Shown in pieces: positions 19,761 through 29,027 of a stretch of 64,000 nt of DNA (its first letter is position 1; every line of letters starts with the position of its first letter). The position numbers and the translations under genes were made by a program. Below the pieces are notes generated by a model. It was not told the origin of the DNA and ran no database searches. It was given only the letters and a program-made list of their open reading frames with translations. Source of the DNA: an uncultured Acidobacteriota bacterium (lineage in GTDB: Bacteria > Acidobacteriota > Terriglobia > Bryobacterales > Bryobacteraceae); NCBI GenBank assembly GCA_963832965.1, contig CAWHVW010000002.1:623073-687072 (forward strand), in the 5' to 3' direction.

Positions 19761-21683
19761 GTGTGCGGCATCTGCGGAAAACTAAATTTTGACCGGGAGG
19801 TGAGCCCTTCGCCGGCGCTCCTGCATGCGATGGCCGATACCATCGCCCACCGCGGGCCCGATGACGCGGGATACTACTTCTCCGGACCAGTCGGTCTCGG
19901 GTTCCGGCGGCTCGCCATCATCGATCTGAATACCGGGCACCAGCCGATCTCGAACGAGGACGGCACGGTGTGGATCGTGTTCAATGGCGAGATCTACAAT
20001 TACAAGGAACTTCGCGCCGACCTCCGCGCCAGAGGGCACGTCTTCAAGACTCAGACGGACACCGAAGTAATTGTTCACCTCTACGAGGAATTTGGCGAAG
20101 CCTGCGTCGAGAAGCTGCGGGGGATGTTTGGGCTTGCCATTTGGGACGACCGCCGGGAAGTTCTATTTCTGGCCAGAGACCGGGTCGGAATCAAGCCGCT
20201 GTACTACTGGTTGTCGGAAAGCTCTCTGGTGTTCGGCTCCGAGATTAAGGCCATTCTGGCGGATCCCGCCGTAGAGCCGGAAGTCGTTCCCGGCATGATC
20301 GATCGGTTCCTCACGTTTTACTACGTGCCCGGCGAAGAGACCCTGTTCCGGAACATTTCCAAGCTCGCGCCCGGCTCCTGCCTCACTGTCCACGCCGGCA
20401 AGGTCACCATCAGGAAGTATTGGGATCTGGACTTCGCTCCGGCTGAGATCTCACTCAAGGAGGCCGAAGCCCGTCTCGTCTCCCTTCTCGAAGAGTCGGT
20501 CGAGCTGCACATGATCAGCGACGTTCCCGTCGGATTTCTCCTGAGCGGCGGTGTCGATTCCACGGCGATGCTCGGGCTGGCGTCGGAAATCACCGACCGC
20601 CCATTGAGCAGCTACACTCTTGGATTTTCCGCGCCGGGCATCACCGATGAAAGGCCCTACGCAAGTCTGGCTGCCCGCACGTATGGCTCCGAACATCGCG
20701 AGCTGACCATCACATCGCGGGAGTTTCAGGAGTTTCTGCCACAGTACGTGTGGCATATGGAGGAACCGGTCTGCGAACCACCCGCGGTCGCTCTGTACTA
20801 TGTGTCGAGACTGGCGAAGAACTTCGTAAAGGTACTCATTTCCGGAGAGGGAGGCGATGAAGCTTTCGCCGGCTACCAGACGTACCGCAATCTGGTCTGG
20901 CTGGAACGCGTGAAAAGGGCGATCGCGCCGCTGAACGGAGCAGTTTCGGCGGGCCTCGGTTTGGTCAACCGGGCGGTACGGTCCAAAAAGATGGCCCGAT
21001 ACCTGCCGTTGCTGCGGACGCCGTTCGAATCCTATTACTACAGCAGGACATCGAGTCCGTTCGGCTATTTCAACAGCCAGACGAAAGACTTGTACTCGAA
21101 CGAGTTCGCTCACGCAGCCAGCAAAGAAAGGTCGGTGAGCGTTCTGGACGAGCTGTTCGCACATTCGGCCGGGTACGATGTCATCAGCAAAATGCTGTAT
21201 GTGGACACCCGGACGTGGCTCACCGACGACCTGCTGCTGAAGGCCGACAAGATGACCATGGCCAATTCCATCGAGCTGCGCGTACCGCTGCTCGACCACA
21301 AGCTGCTCGAGTTTGCCGCGTCTTTGCCCGCGAACTTCAAGGTCCGCGGCTTCACCACCAAGTACATTGCCAAGAAGGTCCTGGGTGGCCGCGTGCCCAA
21401 AACCATCCTGAACCGGCCCAAGACCGGCTTCCCGGTGCCATACAACTCATGGATCAGGACCGACCTGAGGGACTGGCTATCCGACCTCCTGCTGGATCGG
21501 ACCACTTTGTCCCGAGGCTATTTCAAAAAGAAGGCCATCGAAAACCTGCTGGCGGAGAACCTGAGCTCCGGGAAGTATCCGAAGGAGCTGTTCTCGCTGG
21601 CTACACTGGAGCTGTGGCACCGCTCGTTCATGCAGCCGCTCGGTAAGGTCGACCTTCCGCAAACAGTGGCGTCCACCGTCTGA
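19761..21683 (+). CDS. asnB: Asparagine synthase (glutamine-hydrolysing), EPS-locus amidotransferase type
   Basis: GTG 19761 gives (M)CGICG with the obligatory N-terminal Cys of class II amidotransferases. Also RGPDD, SGGVDS (PP-loop). Confidence 0.85.
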   Translation: MCGICGKLNFDREVSPSPALLHAMADTIAHRGPDDAGYYFSGPVGLGFRRLAIIDLNTGHQPISNEDGTVWIVFNGEIYNYKELRADLRARGHVFKTQTDTEVIVHLYEEFGEACVEKLRGMFGLAIWDDRREVLFLARDRVGIKPLYYWLSESSLVFGSEIKAILADPAVEPEVVPGMIDRFLTFYYVPGEETLFRNISKLAPGSCLTVHAGKVTIRKYWDLDFAPAEISLKEAEARLVSLLEESVELHMISDVPVGFLLSGGVDSTAMLGLASEITDRPLSSYTLGFSAPGITDERPYASLAARTYGSEHRELTITSREFQEFLPQYVWHMEEPVCEPPAVALYYVSRLAKNFVKVLISGEGGDEAFAGYQTYRNLVWLERVKRAIAPLNGAVSAGLGLVNRAVRSKKMARYLPLLRTPFESYYYSRTSSPFGYFNSQTKDLYSNEFAHAASKERSVSVLDELFAHSAGYDVISKMLYVDTRTWLTDDLLLKADKMTMANSIELRVPLLDHKLLEFAASLPANFKVRGFTTKYIAKKVLGGRVPKTILNRPKTGFPVPYNSWIRTDLRDWLSDLLLDRTTLSRGYFKKKAIENLLAENLSSGKYPKELFSLATLELWHRSFMQPLGKVDLPQTVASTV

Positions 21684-21702
21684 CCGAACCCCCTTACGCG
21701 CC

Positions 21703-22485
21703 GTGACCATTGCAAATACAACGAAGCTCCGGCTTCAGCGGCTAGTCGCCAGCCGGCTCCACCGGAAGCCCGCGGTGCAGCGTACGCCGGCTCCCATCGT
21801 CTCGTTCACGTTTGACGACTTTCCGCGGTCCGCTCTCAACATTGCCGGCGCCATGTTGAGCGACCAGCGCGTGCGCGGCACCTACTATGTCTCGGCCGGG
21901 CTGATGGCGAAAGAAACCGTGATGGGAGAGATGTTCAGCCGAAACGACCTGTCTGCGTTGGTGGAAGCGGGTCATGAATTGGCCTGCCACACGTTTGAGC
22001 ACGTTCGCTGTTGCGATACGCGGCGAGCCGGCTTGCTGGATCAGTGCGAGGCAAACCGCCGCAGCGTGGCCGATTTGCTGCACGGTTACGAACTTCGCAA
22101 CTTCTCCTTTCCGGAGGGCGTTGTGAATTCCACCGCCAAGCTTGCGGTGAGTTCGGTTTATGACACCTGCCGGACCATCGAACCGGGCATCAACGGCGAT
22201 CCGGTCGATCTCGGTTTCCTGCGAGCGAATTGCATGTATTCTCGAGTGCCCCTCGAAACGCTCAGAAAGGCCATCCAGGAGAATGTCCGGCGGCGGGGCT
22301 GGTTGATCCTGTACACGCACGACGTCGCCGCCACTCCTTCCGTGTATGGCTGCACGCCCGAGTACTTTCGCGGAGTGTTGAGCGCCGTGCTGGATTCGGG
22401 AGCGTCCGTATTGACGGTTGCCGAAGCGCGGGAACGCTTCGTGGCCAATCCTCGAAACCACCTCAAAGATACCGCACATGCATGA
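21703..22485 (+). CDS. Polysaccharide deacetylase family protein
   Basis: IVSFTFDDFPRSA...ELACHTFEH. Confidence 0.7.
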   Translation: MTIANTTKLRLQRLVASRLHRKPAVQRTPAPIVSFTFDDFPRSALNIAGAMLSDQRVRGTYYVSAGLMAKETVMGEMFSRNDLSALVEAGHELACHTFEHVRCCDTRRAGLLDQCEANRRSVADLLHGYELRNFSFPEGVVNSTAKLAVSSVYDTCRTIEPGINGDPVDLGFLRANCMYSRVPLETLRKAIQENVRRRGWLILYTHDVAATPSVYGCTPEYFRGVLSAVLDSGASVLTVAEARERFVANPRNHLKDTAHA

Positions 22486-24214
22486 ATCGGAAGCCAACAT
22501 CATAGTTGGGGAAAGTCACGAAATTCCGCCGGAAATACTCTCGCGCTTTGCGGAGTCTCGCCGGACCGTGACCAAACGGACGTTGATTCCCTGGAGCGAA
22601 CACTGCACGGAATGCGCCTGGCCGACGTGTTATCAGACGTGCGATCTCTATGAGCCCCGTACAGACGGCAAATGCCGGCGCTTCCGGGAAGGCATGGTGC
22701 GGATCGATCACAAGGATGCCCTGAACTCCTACCTGTTGAAAATCTCCTTCAAGCGGTGGGCCAAGCTGTGGGCTCCCGCGCATCTGACACTGCACACTTT
22801 GGAGGCGGCGGATCGTGCCGAGCAGCGCGACCTTCGCATTGCCGGCTACATTCAGGCCATACCGTGGAACCCGGCGCGGAACGCCGTTAGCGGAAAACGC
22901 TACTCGCTGAAAAAACGACTCGCCGTGCGCGCCTCCGGCGATGGGGAGTTGCCGCATCATTTTCTCATCGAGTGCTACAATCCCAATTCCGAAACGGTTT
23001 CGATCACCCTCAGCGTGCGGACCGATGCCAGCGCTTTGCAGTTTCAGAAGCTGTTCCATATGTGTTCCGGTTTCAATCGCTACCGCGTGGCCGCGTCGGA
23101 GATTTCGCGCATGGTGGACTTGTCCCGTCCCCTGCAAATCGACCTGACCCCGAACGAGATCGCGGACGGCCTGACGCTCTATTTTGGCGCCATGGATTTT
23201 GTGGTCGACCCCGCCTTCGAGACCTCCGCCTCGACCAGGGCCGCCGCGGGGGACCCCGCAAAGCCGCGCATCTGCAAGTGCGTCGTATGGGACTTGGATA
23301 ACACGCTGTGGGATGGAACGTTGATGGAAGACGGCGCCGAGAACATCCGGCTCAAGCCTGGCGTCCGGCAGATCCTGATGGATCTGGACCGGCGCGGAAT
23401 CCTGATCTCCGCCGCCAGCAAGAACGATTACGAGGACGCGGTGAGCGTGTTGAGGCGCTTCGAAATTGAGGAATACTTTGTGTTTCCCCAGATCTCCTGG
23501 AATCCCAAGAGCCAGGCCATCGAGGAAATCGCGAAGAACCTCAATATAGGAATCGATTCGTTGCTGTTCATCGACGACTCTCCATTTGAGATTGCGCAGG
23601 TTAGTACCGTGCTCCCGGACGTCATGGTCATGGAGGCCGCGCGGTATGAAGAGCTTCTCGAACTCCCGGAGTGTCAGGGGACGGCGACGGAAGAGGGCCG
23701 CCAGCGGCGCCTTTTCTACCGCGATCTGGGAATTCGCCAGCGCGCGGAAGCGGACTTTCACGGTGATTATGGCGCGTTTCTCGCCGAGTGCAATATGCGC
23801 ATGGTGATCGTGCCCATGGACGAAGCGAATTTGGAACGAGTGCACGAGCTCACGCAGCGCACCAACCAGATGAACTTCTCGGGGAACCGGTACTCCCGTC
23901 AGCGGCTGAGCGAGTTTCTGGGCGACGAGTCCGTCGAAACCTGCGTGATCGATTGCACGGACCGGTTCGGGAGCTACGGAGTCGTGGGGTTCTGCGTGGT
24001 CAGCCTGCCGGATACCCGCATGATCGATCTCATGTTCAGTTGCCGCATTCAGGGCAAGCGCGTCGAGCACGCATTCATCTCTTACCTGCTCCGGAAATAC
24101 GCGGCAATGGATAAGAGTCTGACCGTGGACTACCGGCGCACCAAAAGAACGCGGTCCCCGGAAAGGTGTTTGAGGACCTGGGCTTTGTCACACAGGCGGA
24201 GGTTGACGGCGTGA
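22478..24214 (+). CDS. FkbH-like HAD-IIIC phosphatase-family protein with an unassigned Cys-rich N-terminal domain. The 3' end is probably frameshifted, with the true stop near 24309
   Basis: HAD core VVWDLDNTLWDG...SAASKNDYE...LLFIDDSPFE. N-terminus has CTECAWPTCYQTC. At the A-run near 24143-24146 the -1 frame continues as KKNAVPGKVFEDLGFVTQAEVDGVSRLAY..., which looks like the usual end of the GNAT-like C-terminal domain. Confidence 0.7.
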   Translation: MHESEANIIVGESHEIPPEILSRFAESRRTVTKRTLIPWSEHCTECAWPTCYQTCDLYEPRTDGKCRRFREGMVRIDHKDALNSYLLKISFKRWAKLWAPAHLTLHTLEAADRAEQRDLRIAGYIQAIPWNPARNAVSGKRYSLKKRLAVRASGDGELPHHFLIECYNPNSETVSITLSVRTDASALQFQKLFHMCSGFNRYRVAASEISRMVDLSRPLQIDLTPNEIADGLTLYFGAMDFVVDPAFETSASTRAAAGDPAKPRICKCVVWDLDNTLWDGTLMEDGAENIRLKPGVRQILMDLDRRGILISAASKNDYEDAVSVLRRFEIEEYFVFPQISWNPKSQAIEEIAKNLNIGIDSLLFIDDSPFEIAQVSTVLPDVMVMEAARYEELLELPECQGTATEEGRQRRLFYRDLGIRQRAEADFHGDYGAFLAECNMRMVIVPMDEANLERVHELTQRTNQMNFSGNRYSRQRLSEFLGDESVETCVIDCTDRFGSYGVVGFCVVSLPDTRMIDLMFSCRIQGKRVEHAFISYLLRKYAAMDKSLTVDYRRTKRTRSPERCLRTWALSHRRRLTA

Positions 24215-24374
24215 GCCGTCTGGCTTATCCGCGCTCGCGGCCGATCGAGGATGCTCGCATCGTTTCCATTGAGGATCGGCGGGAGCTTCGCCAGGAAGTT
24301 GGGAACTAAGCCAGAGGGCGCCAGAACCGGCATCCGCTGGTCGCATTTCCGGATCGTTATCAGAGGATAGAACT

Positions 24375-25892
24375 TTGCCAGATACCAAGAGCAATCCAGA
24401 GTCAGGGACCAATTTAGGGGAGATCATCGAGCGTGTTCGGAGTCTTTTGACGCGGCGCCGCTGGTGGATCTTAAGCGCCGCCTGTTTCCTCCCGATTGCC
24501 GTTGTCTCCGTCGCGATGAAACTTCCGGACCGGTATATATCGCAGGCGACGCTGCTGGTTGTGCAACAGCAGGTCTCCCAGGTCTACGTCGAGCCGGACA
24601 GCACCACGTCGATTCCCGCCGCCGTGCAGGCCATGTCGATGGAGGTCCTCTCCCGCAAACGCCTCGCCGAGATTATTGACGCTCTGGGGCTCTATGGGAA
24701 CGAGAAGGACCAGGCGGTTCCGGATTTGCTCGTGGAGAGAATGCGCAAGGACGTCGAGATTCAGCCACTGGTGATAACACCCGGCCGCAACGATTTTGCG
24801 GCGTTCACGGTTGCCTTTACCGCCGCGGACCCGCGCCTCGCGAGGGAGGTAACCAGCCGGTTGACTTCTCTGTTCATTGAGCAGAACCAGAAGGCGCGGG
24901 GAGATCAGGCCGCCAACACCACCAAGTTTCTGAGCGACCAGCTCGACGCCGCCAAGGATCGGCTCTCGGAACAGGAGCACCGCCTGCAAACCTTCAAGGC
25001 CAGCAACCTCGGTGAACTGCCCGAGCAACAGCAGGCCAACCTGATGGCCCTCACCAGCGTGCGGGAGCAACTGGCGGCCACCAACAACGGGCTGTTGCAG
25101 GCGCAACAGCAGCGCTCCTCCATAGAATCGTCATTGAACGACCGGCTTGCGGTTCTGCAAACCGAACGGGCGGCGCTCTTGCGGCGTTACACCGCTCAAT
25201 ATCCCGAGGTGATTGAGAAGGACAAGAAGATCGCTCAGCTACAGGCTGCGCTCGACCGCGTGAATAAGGGCAGTGCGGGAACCGGCAAGGATGATGCCGA
25301 CGCTCCGGAGGATCCGGTCCTCGCCGGGATGATCCAGCAAGCTCAGGCCAATGCGGCCGAAATGGAGAATCTCTCCGATCAGCAAAGAAAGTTGAAGGCT
25401 GAGAGTGAGCAGTACGAGGGGCGCCTGAATCTGACACCGGTCAGGGAACAGCAGCTCACTGAAATCCTCCGTGACTACGATCTCTTCAAGCAGGACTACA
25501 CGAGCCTCCTCAACAAGAAGCTGCAATCTCAGTTGACCACCAACCTTGAAGAGAATCAGGAGGGGCAGCAGTTCCGCCTGATCGATCCCCCGACGCTGCC
25601 CATCAGACCCTCCGGTCCGAAACGTCTGCAAATCGCCCTCGGCGGCATGCTTGTGGGCATCCTGTTAGGGGTGGCGCTGGCGTTCCTGATGGAGATGCTG
25701 GACACCTCGTTTCATGACGAGAAGACGCTCAGCCAAACGTTCCCGCTGCCCATGGTGCTGGGACTGCCATCCGTGTTCACGCCCGCCGAACAGCGTTCAA
25801 GCCGTTTGCGGGGAGGGTTAGAATGGGTAGCAGGCTGTGTGATGATCCTGGCGATGTTCGCCGCCGAACTATACGTCCTCGGGCACAGTTAG
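24375..25892 (+). CDS. Polysaccharide chain-length determinant (Wzz/GumC family, PEP-CTERM-locus type)
   Basis: 505 aa with N-terminal TM (WWILSAACFLPIAVVSVA), long coiled-coil middle and C-terminal TMs (LQIALGGMLVGILLGVALAFLM). TTG start as given by the ORF track. Confidence 0.75.
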   Translation: MPDTKSNPESGTNLGEIIERVRSLLTRRRWWILSAACFLPIAVVSVAMKLPDRYISQATLLVVQQQVSQVYVEPDSTTSIPAAVQAMSMEVLSRKRLAEIIDALGLYGNEKDQAVPDLLVERMRKDVEIQPLVITPGRNDFAAFTVAFTAADPRLAREVTSRLTSLFIEQNQKARGDQAANTTKFLSDQLDAAKDRLSEQEHRLQTFKASNLGELPEQQQANLMALTSVREQLAATNNGLLQAQQQRSSIESSLNDRLAVLQTERAALLRRYTAQYPEVIEKDKKIAQLQAALDRVNKGSAGTGKDDADAPEDPVLAGMIQQAQANAAEMENLSDQQRKLKAESEQYEGRLNLTPVREQQLTEILRDYDLFKQDYTSLLNKKLQSQLTTNLEENQEGQQFRLIDPPTLPIRPSGPKRLQIALGGMLVGILLGVALAFLMEMLDTSFHDEKTLSQTFPLPMVLGLPSVFTPAEQRSSRLRGGLEWVAGCVMILAMFAAELYVLGHS

Positions 25893-25934
25893 CTCCATGA
25901 CCTCATTTCATCCACGAAGGGAAAGGAGCGCATC

Positions 25935-26747
25935 ATGATCAACTTCTCTGAAATCCTCTGGAAGTCAAGCCCGGCGAGAGAACAAGGACCGGCATCTGTT
26001 GTGGCCTCCGTGTCCGGCGACGCCCAGGTCTGTTCCGGTCTCCACCACGTGCCGGTTGAGAAAGTGCATCTGGACCCCGGCGGCAGAGTGGCGTTGTTGA
26101 CCGATTCTCGCAGCGCCGGCGCGGACCGTCTCCGGTTTCTGCGCATGCGGCTCCGCGGATTCAGGGAATTGGCAAAACTGCGCAGCATTGTGATCACCAG
26201 TCCGATGCCTCAGGATGGCAAGTCCACCATCGCCATGAGCCTCGCCACCACCCTCGCGGAAGAAGGGAAGCGCACGGTTCTGTTGATAGAAGCCGATCTT
26301 CATCAGCCGTCGGTGGTCAGGAGCCTGGGACTTTGCGCGCAGCCTGGCCTGGCGGAGTGCCTGGAAGATGGTCTGGATCCGATGTCACTGCTCCGCAAGC
26401 TGGACCCGCTGGGATGGTATGTCCTGCAGGCGGGAGTTGCGCGTGCTAATCCTACCGAACTCATGCAATCGGACGCGCTGAAGACTCTGCTGGAAAGACT
26501 CGCGCCGTATTTCGACTGGATCCTGATCGATACGCCCCCGGTGTTGCCTCTGACAGACGCCCTGCTGCTCGCCAGACAGGCGGATGCCGCGCTGCTGGTT
26601 GCGCGAGCCAACCGCACCCCGCGTGAGGCCATAGAACAGGCGCTCACGTTGATCGGACGAAAACACGTGCTGGGCATCGTCCTGAACGGTGCCGATGGCC
26701 TGGCAAGGCGCTATTCACAGTACTACGGGCATTACGCAAAGAAATAA
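25935..26747 (+). CDS. Tyrosine-autokinase-type P-loop ATPase (CpsD/CapB/EpsG-like)
   Basis: Walker A ITSPMPQDGKSTIAMSLA, Walker A' VLLIEADLHQPS, Walker B WILIDTPPVLPLTD. Confidence 0.75.
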   Translation: MINFSEILWKSSPAREQGPASVVASVSGDAQVCSGLHHVPVEKVHLDPGGRVALLTDSRSAGADRLRFLRMRLRGFRELAKLRSIVITSPMPQDGKSTIAMSLATTLAEEGKRTVLLIEADLHQPSVVRSLGLCAQPGLAECLEDGLDPMSLLRKLDPLGWYVLQAGVARANPTELMQSDALKTLLERLAPYFDWILIDTPPVLPLTDALLLARQADAALLVARANRTPREAIEQALTLIGRKHVLGIVLNGADGLARRYSQYYGHYAKK

Positions 26748-26843
26748 GCCTTGCCGTCCGCATTACCAGCTCTCTGTCAGAACCGCCATTGCTGACTCAA
26801 GACCGCTGCACTGCGGCGCGAAATTGCGCCGAAGTCATTCTTC

Positions 26844-28961
26844 ATGCTTCTGAATAAAGCCTATTATCTGTTGAAGCCGCTCCTGCCCTTCGACGTGCGG
26901 CTCGCCCTGCGCCGATGGCATGGGAACCGCAAGCGCCGGGCCTCTGCCGATGTCTGGCCCGTCGATGAAGCGGCCGGCGCCACTCCGCCCGGCTGGCCGG
27001 GCTGGCCCGAGGGAAAGCGCTTCGCCCTGGTCCTCACTCATGACGTCGAAGGCCCGAAGGGTGTCGCGCGCGTCCCCCGTCTCATGGACCTCGAACTGGA
27101 GAACGGCTTCCGATCGTCTTTCAACTTCGTGCCACAGGGAAGCTATCGTGTTTCCGCCGAACTGAGGAACAAGCTGGAAAAGGCCGGGTTCGAAGTGGGC
27201 GTCCACGGTTTGGCGCACGACGGGAAACTCTATTCATCCAGGAACGCGTTTGCCGCGCAGGCCTCCCAGATCAGGCAATATCTCAAGGAATGGAACGCGG
27301 TGGGGTTTCGTTCGCCGTTCATGCAGCACAAGCTGGCCTGGCTCCATCAATTGGGCGTCGAATACGATGCCTCCACCTTCGACACGGATCCCTTCGAGCC
27401 GCAGCCGGACGGTGTGGGAACGATCTTCCCGTTCTGGGTGCCGGGTCCAAACGATTCCGGATACGTCGAGCTCCCCTACACGCTGGTTCAGGATTTCAAC
27501 CTTTTCGTGGTTCTTCAGGAACCGAACATTGACATCTGGAAAAGGAAGCTCGATTGGGTGGCCCAGCGCGGAGGCATGGCCCTGCTCAACACGCACCCGG
27601 ACTACATGTGCTTTGACGGCGGCAAGCCGGATCGGGACGAGTACCCCGCTGGCTACTACGAGGAATTCCTGCGCTACGCGCAAGAGAAGTATGCGGGCGA
27701 GTTCTGGTCCGCCAATCCCCGCGACGTTGCCCGCTATTATTGTTCCACCCTGCCGCCGTCCGCGCGCAACTCGCGTAAACGCATCTGCATGGTGGCGTAC
27801 ACCCGCTACGATACCGACAACCGGGTGCGCCGCTACGCCGAAGCGTTGGCAAAGCGCGGGGATCATGTGGAAGTGATCGCCCTCGGAAGCGATGCGAGCG
27901 AGGCGGGCGTGGATCAGATCAAGGGCGTCAGCGTGCACCGGATTCTCAGCCGCAGCCGCAAGGAGAAACGCAAGTGGGCCTATGCGCTCCCGCTCCTGCG
28001 ATTCTGCCTCGCTTCGGCGAGGCTTCTGAAGCGCCGTCACCGCCAGGTTCAATACGACCTGATTCACGTGCACAATGTGCCGGATTTTCTGGTATTCGCC
28101 GCGTGGTATCCGAAACTGACCGGCGCCAAGCTCATCCTGGACATTCATGACATCGTGCCGGAGCTTTTTGCCAGCAAGTTCGCGGCGCACCCCAGCGCGC
28201 TCTACGTGCGCGCCCTCAGAACCGTCGAGAAGCTTTCCACCGCGTTCGCCGACCATGTCATCGTCTCCAACGACATCTGGCGCAAGACGCTGGTCTCCCG
28301 GTCGGTAACCGATGCAAGATGTTCGGTTTTCCTGAATCACGTGGATCGCGAGGTTTTTTTCCGGCGCGAACGAACCAGAAACGACGGCAAGTTCGTCATG
28401 TTGTTCCCGGGCACGTTCCAGTGGCATCAGGGGCTGGATATCGCAATCAGAGCTCTCGCCGACATCCTGAAGCAGGTTCCAACCGCGGAACTGCACCTCT
28501 ACGGCGGTGGCGGGGGCGCCGACGCGAAAGCTCGGTTATCTGAATTAGCCGATCACCTGAATCTCGACGGACACGTGAAGTTTTTCGGCGGCGTGCCGCT
28601 GGATCAAATGCCGGATATCATGGCCAACGCCGACGTCGGGGTGGTGCCGAAACGCGCCAATTCGTTCGGAAACGAGGCGTACAGCACGAAGATCATGGAG
28701 TTCATGTCTCAGGGTGTTCCCGTGGTCGCCTCCCGGACAAAGATCGACACGTTGTATTTTGACGAGACCGTCGTGCGCTTTTTCGAGTCCGGCAGCATTG
28801 AGGGCTTCGCCGAAGCGGTTGTAGGTATCGCGGAAGATGGGCAACTGCGCGACTCCCTGAGCTGCCGGGGATTCGAGTACGCGGAGCGCCATTCCTGGGA
28901 TTCGCGAAAACGCGATTATTACGGGCTGGTCGACTCGCTGACGGTGGAGCGGTTTGAATAA
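26844..28961 (+). CDS. Two-domain protein: CE4-like (deacetylase-fold) N-terminal domain fused to a GT4 glycosyltransferase
   Basis: N-terminal half FALVLTHDVEGPKGV...GVHGLAHDG...FRSPF. C-terminal half RICMVAYTRYDTDNRVRRYAEALAKRGDHVEVI...VVPKRANSFGNEAYSTKIMEFMSQGVPVVASR. Confidence 0.6.
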   Translation: MLLNKAYYLLKPLLPFDVRLALRRWHGNRKRRASADVWPVDEAAGATPPGWPGWPEGKRFALVLTHDVEGPKGVARVPRLMDLELENGFRSSFNFVPQGSYRVSAELRNKLEKAGFEVGVHGLAHDGKLYSSRNAFAAQASQIRQYLKEWNAVGFRSPFMQHKLAWLHQLGVEYDASTFDTDPFEPQPDGVGTIFPFWVPGPNDSGYVELPYTLVQDFNLFVVLQEPNIDIWKRKLDWVAQRGGMALLNTHPDYMCFDGGKPDRDEYPAGYYEEFLRYAQEKYAGEFWSANPRDVARYYCSTLPPSARNSRKRICMVAYTRYDTDNRVRRYAEALAKRGDHVEVIALGSDASEAGVDQIKGVSVHRILSRSRKEKRKWAYALPLLRFCLASARLLKRRHRQVQYDLIHVHNVPDFLVFAAWYPKLTGAKLILDIHDIVPELFASKFAAHPSALYVRALRTVEKLSTAFADHVIVSNDIWRKTLVSRSVTDARCSVFLNHVDREVFFRRERTRNDGKFVMLFPGTFQWHQGLDIAIRALADILKQVPTAELHLYGGGGGADAKARLSELADHLNLDGHVKFFGGVPLDQMPDIMANADVGVVPKRANSFGNEAYSTKIMEFMSQGVPVVASRTKIDTLYFDETVVRFFESGSIEGFAEAVVGIAEDGQLRDSLSCRGFEYAERHSWDSRKRDYYGLVDSLTVERFE

Positions 28962-29027
28962 CGGAAACGGAATGCCGCCAGCGCGGTTTGGCGCGGGTCC
29001 GGTCGCGGGAAGAGCGGTTCAGGCTGG

